Positions 12,340 through 24,047 of a stretch of 64,000 nucleotides of DNA are shown here, one piece after another. This DNA comes from Octopus vulgaris. Its lineage: Eukaryota. The notes under the pieces were generated by a model. It was given only the letters and a program-made list of their open reading frames with translations, did not search any database and was not told the DNA's origin. The stretch spans positions 126,790,001-126,854,000 of the forward strand of contig OX597814.1 in NCBI GenBank assembly GCA_951406725.2. The letters are read 5' to 3'. Position 1 is the first letter of the stretch. Every line of letters begins with the position of its first letter. A program made the position numbers and the translations under genes.

Positions 12340-12639
12340 CACACATATACTGCCAGATCAGATTGGAGCCCGGTGCAGCCTCCTGGCTTCCCAGACCCCA
12401 GTTGAACCATACAACCCATACCAGCATGGGAAACGGATGTTAAACGATGATGATATATACACAAGTGTGTGTGTGTGTGTGTGTGTGTAATCACTCAATA
12501 CTAAGTAGAATATCATATTTAATTTAACAAAGGAAAGGTTAACAGTGACTTCGGTTACCTTCATTAGAAAGTCTGGCAAAGGGAACTAAGGCAAAACTTC
12601 CAAGCCACTGTGTGAGTATGTATAGCATTAGCATAATTT

Positions 12640-14350
12640 AATATCTGTGTTCCATGCTGGCATGAGTTGGACAATGTAACAGGATCTCATAAGTAAGAGG
12701 ACTGCACTGAGCTCCAGTGTCTGCTCTGGCATGATTTCTACAGTTGGATGCCCTTCCTAATGCCAACCACTTTACAGAGTGTAGTGGTTGCTATCTTTGC
12801 AGCACCAGCACTAGTGGGGTCACCCAGTAACTCACAAGACAAATCTCCCCAACTGAATGGAGGGTGCAGTATTGAGGTATATCACTTTATGCCAAATGCT
12901 GAGAGGTTAAAACCCGATGGACAGGAATAGGGGTCTTGCTGTAGAAGTTACATGGCTGCTCCAGCCAGAAAGGATGATGGATATGAGATATCAGAAGGTA
13001 CCCTCAAGGTACAAGGTGATTATATGAGAGAATATGGACAGAGGATCAAGGATGGTTAGGTTCATGAGAGTGTGAAAGGAAAGTAGAGATGGTCAGAGAT
13101 GTGAGTGAATGCAGTGAGCTGTGAACACAGGTAGCAATGTGATTAATGGTGAATCTCAGTTTGGGCAGAAGAGTAAAGATAAGAATGGGTCAAAAAGGGG
13201 TAGATGATAAGTGGCAGTATGGTGGTGGAGTGCAACAGTAAATAAAACCATAGACAGAAGAGAAACAAAGACATGTGAAATAGGGGAGTGAGAAAGGAGT
13301 CGGGGGGAGAGACAAACATCAGAGGTATACTGAAGTGGATATTGTGACAAACAAAAGAGGTGGGTATCGATGGTAGATATGAGGGGTATTCAGGGGAAAC
13401 AGGCATTCAGTGGAAAATAAAGTAATAAAGCATGATACTGAAAATGTGAGTTAGGTAACAAGAGAAGTGGTTCCATGGAAGGATAACATGTAGCACAAAA
13501 AGAAGAATAAAAAATGTGTAGTTGTGCCATCATATAATTACAGCACTTGAGTAAATAGTCCCATAGAAGAGTGATAGAGGGATGAGTGATAGGAAGATGG
13601 TTGTGAGGAAGACTTGACAGGGGAAGGTCTGGATGTGGGGCAAAGACATAAATGATATGCTTTTTGGACTTCAATTTTTTGCTGGGATGGGCACGTCTTC
13701 AAGCACAGTGAATCGCCAATCATCTCAATCTTTTCTCATCTCCTCCATGAGGCTCAAGAACAGTGGTGAGTCTTCACTACTTCATTCCATATCTTCTTGG
13801 GTCTCCTCCTTTTATAGGTTCCATCCACATTTAGTGATTGACACTCCTTTATGCAGCTGTCTACATCTATACACATCACATGAGCATACCAGTGCAGTCT
13901 TTTCCCTTGCACCTAATTTTTCACAACGCATTTGCACTTTGTCATATATGTGCACATTGGTGTCACACATTCAACAAAGCATAGTAACTTCAGTTCTGTC
14001 TAGCCTTCATATGTCCTATCCAATCACAACCCATGATTGTCTACCACATAGCATTACTATTTGTACACAGGAATCATACAAGCTGCCTTTCACTCTGAGA
14101 GAAAGAGAGACAGAGAGGCCTTCTATTACCAACTTTCTCCAGCTGGTTCTTATTCTTGTAATTATACTTTTAGAACATCCTCCTCTGCTATTAATTAGGT
14201 AACAGAAATTTTCTGTTACCTCTAAGGATCCTTCTAGGCATTTAAACAATTTTGTTTTTGTGTGTTCTTAGTGTTTATTGTTCTTGTGCATCTGCCACAA
14301 ACAAAGTCTACTTTCTCTATTAATCTTCCTGTGATTCCGTTGTACCTCTT
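12640..14350 (-). mobile_element. RTE-clade LINE 3' portion
   Basis: ORF 14016-14249 ENFCYL...GGCSKSIITRIRTSWRKL...SLRVKGSLYDSCVQIVMLCG, then the UTR and family-C tail. Confidence 0.8.
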
Positions 14351-15028
14351 AATCATGCAGCCATGTCTGCTTCACAATCACAACATCCAAAGTTCAATCC
14401 CAGTTGGCAGCACTTTTGGCAAGTGTTTTCTACCCTAGCCTGACTTTTAGCAAAATATTGTGAATGAAATTGGGTGGATAGAAATTGTATAAAAGCTGTA
14501 CTTGTAATTTAAAGGACCAGCTTCATCACACTGATCTCGTCATTATTTTCAAGGATACAAGTGTTTGTGGAATTGTCAGCCGCTTACACATTAAAACGAG
14601 TAGGTAGTTCAGTTGATCAAACAACTGGAAAATTCACCCTGGAAACCACACACACATTTGTATGTGCTTATGGGTATTTGTAAGTGTTTGAATTTGTGTG
14701 CATGAATCCACAAATGTGTATTCACAAAAAAAAATACGTGTATATAAACTTAAGCACAAGTATGCATTTATGTGTTTTTATATGCATATATATATTTGTA
14801 TTATTTATGAGGATAATAGGAACATTTGTAGCAGAATTATTGAAGAGAGGTTTTTATAACCTTCTTTCACTAACCACTCAATTGTGCAGATGGCAGTGGT
14901 TAACCTACTTTTAATACATAGGTGAGAAATGTCTTGACTATTATATCACTCATACAATACAATGGCTGTAGCAAGGTTAATCTGACATCTGACAGCTTAT
15001 ATTCCATCCTGGAGGAGACAACACAAAG

Positions 15029-15084
<56 letters not shown>

Positions 15085-15764
15085 GAGAAAAATTACATCA
15101 TATAATATTCTTTTCTTCTTTTATTGATTTCAGTCATTGACTGGACAGCAGCTATACTGAGGTACCACCTTTAATTTTTTTTTTATTCATTACTTTCTAA
15201 ATAATATACCTAGTAGATATTTCAATCCAGTAATTATTTTATTGGGCTATTTATGAAATAACTAAGTTAGCTTTTAGCATAAAGGAATGCAATTAAAAGC
15301 AATGTTTTCCACCAGACTAACCTCATGTATGAGGAACTTCTCTCAGTTTTTGTTTTTCCAAATTTCACCCAGATATTATTCAACCTGATGTTGACCAATA
15401 GAAGACACCTAAATTACTGTAGATTGGGGCTGAACTTAGTATCATCTGGTAACAAAGCAAGCTTTTGTAACAGGATATGTAATTCTTTTAGTATTGTATA
15501 GGGAGGGATATTGAAACTGGATTTTCAAGCATTAAATTAGTTACTGAAAGTACATAGGAATTAATTCTATAAAAGAAAATATTTCTAAACATACTCTAAA
15601 ACAGGACACTCAGTTCTAATAACTAAAGAATAATTCTCTCTACACATGACTACATTCTCTATACTCTGCTACATTCCCTAAACTTATTCTTATTCCTTTT
15701 CTTCTTTTTAGCATGTGTCTGTGTAACAAAGAAACAGAACTTTAGTACTGTATTACTGTTGTTA

Positions 15765-15975
15765 GCTAGCAGAATCGTTAGCATGTTGAGCAAAACACTT
15801 AACAGCATTTTGATCATCTTTATGTTGAGTTCAAATTCTACCATGGTTGGCTTTTTGCCTTTTGTCCTTTCAGGGTCAATCAAATAGTACCAATCAAACA
15901 CTGGGGGTTGATATAATCAACTAGCCACCCAACTGTCCTGAACTTGCTGGCCTTGTGCTAAAATTTGAAACCATT
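15765..15975 (+). mobile_element. SINE family B (Deu/Nin-like central domain)
   Basis: GAGTTCAAATTC...GCCTTT..CCTTTCAGGGTC...GTACCA...GGCCTTGTGC.AAATTTGAAACC. Copies at 9290-9440+, 34075-34465- (two), 41733-41940-, 47145-47335-, 48410-48525- and 57810-57955-. Confidence 0.7.
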
Positions 15976-18544
15976 ATTATTGACACTGTAATGAGATACT
16001 ATTTAGTTAACTTCACCTAAAAATAGTACCATATGCACTACTTGGCCACATAATATGCAAGAATTCTCTAAAGGTATAATCCTTGGCTGCAATTTACAAT
16101 TGTTTAAAAGAATCATCATCCTTACCATTTTAACATCCACTTTTCCATGCTTGCATTGGTCGGATGATGCTTACTGAGACAGATTTTTCTACGTCTGGAT
16201 GGCCTTCCTGTTGCCAACTTTCACCTGTTTCCAAGCACGAGAATATTTCCCCAAGAGCAGACGTGTTTTTGCAGAATACTGGAAATGAATGACGCTGCTT
16301 GTATGACAGTGACTCATTTGCAACTACCATGTCACATTGACCACAAACATACACACACACACACACGTATATACATGTGTATGCGTATATATATACATAT
16401 TCTTTACTCTTATTTGTTTCAGTCACATGATTGTGGCCATGCTGGAGCACTGCCTTTAGTCGAACAACTCAACCCCAGGACTTATTCTTTGTAAACGTAA
16501 TACTTATTCTCTCTGTCTCTTTTGCCGAACCAAGTTACGGGGACATAAACACACCTGCATCGGTTGTCAAGTGATGGTCAGGGTGGGGTGGGGGTGCACT
16601 TATATATATATATATATATGTATATATATACATGACGGGCTTCTTTCAGTTTCCGTCTACGAAATCCACTCACAAGGCTTTGGTCAGCCCGCGGCTATAG
16701 AAGACACTTGCCCAAGGTGCCACGCAGTGGAACTGAACTCAGAGTCATGTGGTTGGTAAGCAAGCTACATACCACACAGCCACTCCTGCACTTGTATGTA
16801 TATATTAATATTTGTTTTTATGTTCAGTTGTAATAAAAACAATTTTACATTAATTTGATGGGTTACTCTATACTTTTGCAGAGTACAAGTTTATTATTCT
16901 TATACAAGAATGTTGTTAACAGCAACTTCAAAGTTTTGCCCAGCTAGGCCATTGTTGGACTGCTCACATTTTCCCACTCAAACAATGGCTAGCTGGCCAA
17001 AGCTTCAAAGTCACTATCAACAACATTCTTGTATAAGAATTAAAATATACACACACACACATAATGAGCTACTTTTAGCTTCTCTCTACCAAATCCACTC
17101 ACAAGGTCTTGGTTGGCCCAGGGCTACTGTAGAAGACATCCAAGGTGCCACGTAGTTGAGAAGTAAACTTCTTAACCACACAGCCATGCCAGCACCAATT
17201 ATATATGTACTATACACACACACTCTCAATGTAAATTTATTTACACCTCCACAAACTTTAATTAATACACATTGCCAGCAAATGTATTGATATGCAAATG
17301 AACAAAAGTAGTGCCCATTGTTTGTTGCAGTTTTCATAAATAGTTGGTGTCTGTCTGTCGCTTTCTTTCCTTCTCTCTCTCTCTCTGGGGCTAAAGAAAT
17401 AAACATCTATGATGAGCTGGTAATGATCAGACAAAATTAGCTGAGCTATTCTTCATTTCATCTTGCAATGAGAGCCATGTAGTTTAAGACCTGGGTCTTT
17501 TTGCAGAACATGGCTAAATATATGCTTATTTATTAAATGTATACATGTAAATATATTTACAATTTATCTACAAGCAAGCTGTCACAAAGTCCAAATGCCT
17601 GAATATGCCAAATGAAGAGATATGAATAGTGTTTTTAGTGTAGGAAAAACATTTGGATAAACTGACTCTGTATTGGATTTGGGCTAATCAGAGACACCAA
17701 AATGAAATGGAAACATGATGTGGAATCCCCTTTCTGTGACCATGGAATGGTCTAGCCCAAGAGTCACATGCTGGTTTGTTCTTCATTGGATTCTGGATGA
17801 TTTGAGAGTACAAAGTATGAAGATTTCATTAAAATATATAAAGATTTGATGCAGACATTAAATAATAATCTAACTTAATCTAGATGGTAACATCAAACCA
17901 TAGACACTAAGTCTATAGCATCATGATGATCTCTCACACACACACACGATTTTTGTTTCCAGGAGAGCCCAAGGAATTCATTGACTCTCCTTAAATGGTC
18001 AAGTAGTTGTCTATCTCCCTGTTCTAGTAGAATCCCAACTATCACTATGCTGTCTCTTTATTTAGGTAGAGAATCTAAGATAGCATTATCCAATGTATAC
18101 TACCATTTTCAAAGAACATGAAAGTTAACTGTTATTTCTAACAACTCAAATTACCAGGTTTATGCTCCCTTTTTTTAGCTTGAATCTGGTTAAGTTGATG
18201 CAGTTGATGTTTTTGTGTTTGCATAGATTGATATACGTAGGGAGAACAACCAAAGAGAGCTCTGACATGTATTTATTTCATAGAGAGGTTGGCAAAGTGC
18301 CTGGAGTGGGGTTTGGGGGATTAGACAGTAGGGATAGCAAAAATAAAATAGCTTTGCTCTTCTCATCAAGCAAGCTACATACTATAACTTCACAGTGTCT
18401 TTTCTCACTGAATCCCTACTGATTATTCACACACACTAAACACTTTACCCAATTCTTCTTGCTCCCTGGAATTTCTTATTAGCTCACATTTGCCCAGTAG
18501 GTGTCAAACCTACATAACATCAAGCTGAACATCACCAGTCTAGG

Positions 18545-18689
18545 TAGTGCTGTTTTAGTAGTATTACAGGCAAATCACTGTACAAGGCCCTTATTAACAT
18601 GCCAATTATACATAGATCAGAACTGGGCCCCTAGACCTGTGAGGTCCCATGGCAATTGCCCAGTGTGTCCATGCTTTGAAACAGCACTG
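18545..18689. mobile_element. 145-bp hAT-like MITE
   Basis: TIRs TAGTGCTGTTTTA / TTGAAACAGCACTG. 8-bp TSD AGTCTAGG / AGTCTCGG (7/8 match). Confidence 0.7.
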
Positions 18690-19517
18690 AGTCTCGGAAA
18701 GCCTTCTGAATTTGTTGACTCTTCTCCTCCCATGACTAATTTTTCCCATGATTAATTATTAATAATGTCAGTTCAAAAAGTGAAAGGAATTGTTGCAGAA
18801 GCAAAAAAGACGGAGAGTGAGTATGTTAAGTGTATTGATTGTTGTTGTGGGTTGGATGGTGAAAGGTTGTTAATTAGACGTTTCTTTTACATGATTTACA
18901 ATCTCTCTGATAGCAGTTGAAACACAGCTATGGGTGATTAAGCAGACCCAAATGAAGAGATTACCTATGCCTTTTGTACAGTCAGAGTAGTTTATGGTCA
19001 GAGAGACGGTCTAACCAACGAGATCTGTTACAAATATATGGTTCACTATAAGAGATCAGTTATTGTAAGGCCTACGATATGTAAAGTTTGAAGAGGGTTT
19101 AGTGATGCATTAAGGATATATACAATACTGAATATTTCTTTGAAATGTGTAATACTAACTGTGCTTTAATACCGATTATGGTAACCAGAATATCAGGTCT
19201 CTACTAAAGGTTGCTTTTTATCATGAAAGCAATGTACATATGGCTTACATGTGGGCTATATTTAAATGTATACAAAAGGTTATCGAGGCGTGAGGAGTGT
19301 ATTTGATGGCAGCAACAGTAAGTCGTTTTTATGAAGAAACTAAAATGTGGAAGAATAACTGAATTTAGAGTCCACCAATGTTAGAAGTACAGAAGTGCCG
19401 ATGTGGAATGGCCCGAAGACATAAATGAAGCACGAGCAGGCAATTTTGCAAAGTTTCTCATACCTAAACACATCAAACGTTTGTTTGATATCTAAGGTAA
19501 ATGTATAAATATCCATG

Positions 19518-19579
<62 letters not shown>

Positions 19580-20399
19580 CAAGGATAGTATTATTTGATT
19601 TGATATCTTAATGTCTGGTATTTTTTTTTTTTGTAACAGATTTCTTGTTTCATCGCCTGTACAAGAATATGGTAATCACTACTATGGCAGAGGTAAAGAA
19701 TATGCACACCACCCATTTTCGGTATAACCCTAACCCTAAACACCGGGTGTGTCTATTCTTTACTTTCATCCACTACTATATTGGATTAAACAATATTTAT
19801 GCCTATGTTCAGGCCTTTCGATCGATTGCATCAGCAAAAGTGTAAACATCAATGAGAAAAACCATGAAGCGGTGCCTTCGAACAAAACTACCTTGAAGTA
19901 TTTGTTCCGCTCGAGTTGCACGAAAGGCTCCCTTGTTACTAACGCCCCTAAAAACTGAACTAGAGGAGATATCTCTTTCGAAACCTGTAACCAGTCACGC
20001 TACTGTTCACAAAACATGAAGATATAAACTTTGAATAAAAATAAACCATACCGTGATTAATGAAAAGAGAGGAGTTCAAAGTAACTAACATGTACTGTGT
20101 AGTTTTAAAGAAAATTGAGAATAGAATTGGGTAGGATGATTATACAATAAGATAGATTCGGCTATGATAAAAACATATCATTCAAGAATCTAGAAAAAGC
20201 ACCAGAATCCATTTCTTCTTTATGTTTAATGATGGTTATAAAAGATAGGTCAATAAGAGTCACAGAGAGTCCCTTGTTCATTTTTCGATACGGATTTAAC
20301 GGCAATTTGGTAGATTTGATAGTGATTTTGAATAAATATATAATAAATAATCTAAGTAAAAAGTTTCTTGAGTCCCTTTAACAGAGGTTAAGAAACCGT

Positions 20400-21350
20400 T
20401 ACTCTCTCCACTCCAATAATACAACAAAAGTTACCAACCACTGATATATCCACCCAGTATACCAAAAGAGGTTACCACAAACTATCAATCTGTATTCACA
20501 CTAGTAATGCATCAGAGATGATTAGAAACCCTACTAATATAACTGAAAATGTCACAAAATCCTATTCTATCCACTCTGATAACAAAGGTCACTAAAAACC
20601 CTTGTTCGCCAACTCCAGCAATACGAATGTTATATACCGTTAGTATATGTTCCTTGATATTACAATAATGATTACCACAAACGAATAGCATATTTACGTA
20701 AGTAATCTGCAGACCTTGCATTTAAACCCATTGAATAACACAAGAAGTTACCACAAAAATAAACAATCTATCCACCCCAGTAACGCAACAAGAGGTTATC
20801 TCAAATCACAGGTGTCTATCCTACACAAACTATACCTACCTCAACAATAGAACAAATGTTATTATAAACCACTGGTGTATATATCTACTACAAATCATAC
20901 CCAATCTATCCACCCCAGATATACAGCAAAGGTTACAATATACTACTTATTAGTCTATATATACATCTCCATGATACAAATATTATCACCAAACAACTAG
21001 CATATGAAACAATGATTCATAAACCACTAGTCAGTTGACTCGAGTAATGCAACAAAGATTACTACTACAAATCATACCCAGTCTATCCACCTTAGTAATT
21101 ACAGCAAAGATTACCACATACCACGAGTCTACACACCTCAATAAACGTTATCACAAACCAATGAAACAGCCACCCAATAATACAACAGAGGTTACTACCA
21201 CAAACTCTAATGTCTCTCCATCCTAGTATTACAGTAGCGGTAAATACAATCTCTATCCACCTCAATGATACAAGAAATTGCCGCAAATCATCAATATCAA
21301 ATATGAAAGGATTCAACGATAGTGAGAACAACCAAATCAAACACTCAGTC
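20400..21350. repeat. Highly degenerate ~45-50-bp minisatellite (CTATCCACCCCAGTAATACAACAAAGGTTACCACAAACC-like)
   Basis: ATCCAC(C/T) and A(A/G)(A/G)GTTA(C/T)(C/T)ACAAA recur about every 45-50 bp across ~950 bp. Confidence 0.7.
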
Positions 21351-21499
21351 ATGGTCCAATGATGAAAGACTTACTGAAACTATAATTAATGGATTGTTTA
21401 GCTGCGAACTAAATTTTCTGTAAGAGTGGATAAACCATCAACAACAGTAACTGCTATTGCAAAAAACTATATATACTTAATTGTTGACTGAAACTACCT

Positions 21500-23400
21500 G
21501 ATAACAGCACCTTCGTTTAATCTCCAACCAGCCTTTATTATTATTATTATTATTAATATAACACAGCCCACTCTATTTTGTCTATATAACGATTATAAAC
21601 ACAGAATTGACTTGAATTAAAAGTGTCCCCCGTCTTAAAAAAAGGAGGGAGTAAAGTTTTAAAAAAAACGGATTGATTAAATCAAAACAAGTGAGAGGAC
21701 AAGAGAAGACATAAAAATGCTGCAGGCTAAAAGTAATTATCGATCCTTTTACAAACAGCTGCTGATTAAAGGAGTACTGCCATCCACATCTACCAGACAT
21801 TTATTGCTTTCCTTGATGGTGGTAAAATGAAAATTCACAAGAGATTTCTTATCTGATGCCCCACTGTCATATAACTCATTCATTTAATAATAAATAAAAG
21901 GTGGTTGGGGGAGGGGGAAAAAGGAAGTCTTGCCAGTCGAAATTCGGAAATATTCCATATATTTTCTAAAATCTAACTTTGGTGAATTAAGATGGAACTC
22001 ACCGGAACATTACACTGACCTCGAGGCAAACATAACATGCTCCCTAAAGAAATATACAGAGCGCAATATTATACAGTGCTCTGTATATTTCATCCATCAC
22101 CACTACTACCAGCTTAATGTGAGTTCACAGTTTAATCACCTCCGTTAGATAAACATATCTCTTCAAACCCTTCTCTTACCATTTCTATTCTATCAATGAT
22201 TTCTACAGCCTCCTCCACCATCAGCACTCTTGGCGCTCACAGGTTAAACTGTTTAGAATAACAATAATACAGGCGAGGAATGGTAGCACAGCAGAAAATG
22301 TCAACAATAGTCAGGGAATTCAGCAGGGAAATGTTAGGAAGAAAGAGAGCTACATCATTATTAACAATAATTGTAGCCAACAACTGGCCATCGAGTTGAG
22401 GGAAACTTATATGGTTCCATAAACCTATGTTGGCGGCGAACGAAACCTGTTTGGGGTCGAATGTGTCAGGGAAGTTTAATAAAAGTGCAAACTGAGTATA
22501 TTTAGTCTAACAGTGTTTGTAGGAAGACAGGAGACTTCGAATAAAACAAAAATGTCCAAACTGTGGAACTAGTTTCAATAATATTTATGTTCCGTTTGTT
22601 AAAAAAAACTTGCCGCAATGTTATGGTGAATATATTTGATAGACGTTACTAAAGTGCGATGCTCGGGCGAATTCAAACTATTAAACCATGTAAGACATGG
22701 ATAGATGTATTAGATACAATGTAAGAGAATAAAGTCTAAGAAGTAACCGAGATATAAAACAAAAATTCTATATTTCATAAAAATATCATTAACAGTAGTC
22801 TTCAGAAATTTAGAGGGGCAGATGTTATTGGGAGGAACAGTAAATATAGTGAGTGAATGAGATATCTAAACATTTACACAGAAAAATAGGTGACACGTAG
22901 AGTGGAACTGTGTTAGACAAACATATATTGTGTAGCAAGCAGGGTATTGACTCGGAACATTTTTTTTCCTTCGGAGGCGAGAAGAGAGGGGGTTAAACAA
23001 CGGATAGCCGGGGAAAATAACTTGTATAAAGATTAGGAAAGAATTAAATAGCAACAGATAACACAACTACCTGTCTCCGGTCGAATTCACACCTCCCGTT
23101 TTTTCCATGTTGTATGGTAATCTGCAGGACAAGCCAAAATATAATCCTGGCAGTAAGTTTAATAATCCTGCCGAATTTCAGTGGTCTCCATTGTGGCCGG
23201 CAATGCAAGGAGAATGCCGTGGTGTAGTCGTGGCAGAACCTAATGCCAATGACGCTGCTGACAGACCCATCAACACCTCCCTACTACCACGGAAAGTACA
23301 ATTACAGTAGAAGAGAGAAAGAAATAATATACAGTGACAGCACTGCTAAGGCGGTGCACACTCAAGGAATTATTCCAAGTCAGTCGGTGTGGAGTTTAAC
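21500..23400. promoter_or_regulatory. CpG-retaining, repeat-poor intronic island (possible internal promoter or enhancer)
   Basis: Many CpGs at 22900-23390 against strong CpG depletion elsewhere. No SINEs. Contains the candidate exon. Confidence 0.35.
23071..23121 (-). CDS. Candidate 51-nt symmetric cassette exon or alternative first exon of ATP9: (G)LPYNMEKTGGVNSTGD(R)
   Basis: ttttggcttgtcctgcag acceptor, CAG|gtagtt donor, phase 2/2 and stop-free. Contains aacATGG in frame and lies in a CpG-retaining, repeat-poor region. No homology evidence. Confidence 0.4.
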
Positions 23401-23849
23401 AAACTGTACTCAAAAACACCACAGTAACACACACCACTTTCATACAATTTCACTGACTCTATATTACAATCCTGACTTAAACTTTGTTTCACATTTTTTC
23501 TTTCCCAAAAGTATTCAGCTTATAAATATAAATAAATGTTTCCTCAAAGCTTTATATCAATAATTCTGTTGGATTTTTCTTTCTTTCTTTCTTTCTTTTT
23601 TTTTTGTTGCTTTTTATTGGTCCAGAAAGGGGTGTGGAGAAAGTATTAAATATTATCCGCTGTTGAAATTGTTATCAAAGTATAATTATTACTTTATATA
23701 CTAACAGAAATGGTACATAGGATAATTTGGTGACATGTAATATCGATTTTTCTTAGATACAAGACCCATTGATTAGATGATGGTGGGTGTCACCTAATGA
23801 CTCGACTTCAATATATTCCTTTTATTTATCCAGCCTCTAAGTAGTCACT

Positions 23850-24047
23850 CGAGGTGCTAGAAATAACAACCAAATCCCTTCGATCCACACTCTACCATCC
23901 ATCCCCCCAAAAAGGGATGCATTAAATAGTGTGACACCGGATATATTATTCCTGAAAGAAAAAGTGATATGACGATAGCTAGAATGCCTTTATGCCTTTA
24001 ATCATAGGTGCATTCAATCAAGGTTGACTTGAGACTAAACAACAGCT
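23850..24047 (+). repeat. Unclassified ~200-bp dispersed repeat (family D)
   Basis: GCTAGAAATAGCAGCCAAATCTC...GGATAATGTAGTCCTAGATA...GCCTTTGATCATAGG...CAATCAGGGYTGACYTGGGGCTAAACAAC consensus, with roughly 15 or more copies in the window. Confidence 0.75.

Noticed and set aside
13633-14202. Longest ORF in the track (189 aa, plus strand)
   Set aside because: Antisense shadow of a decayed RTE LINE.
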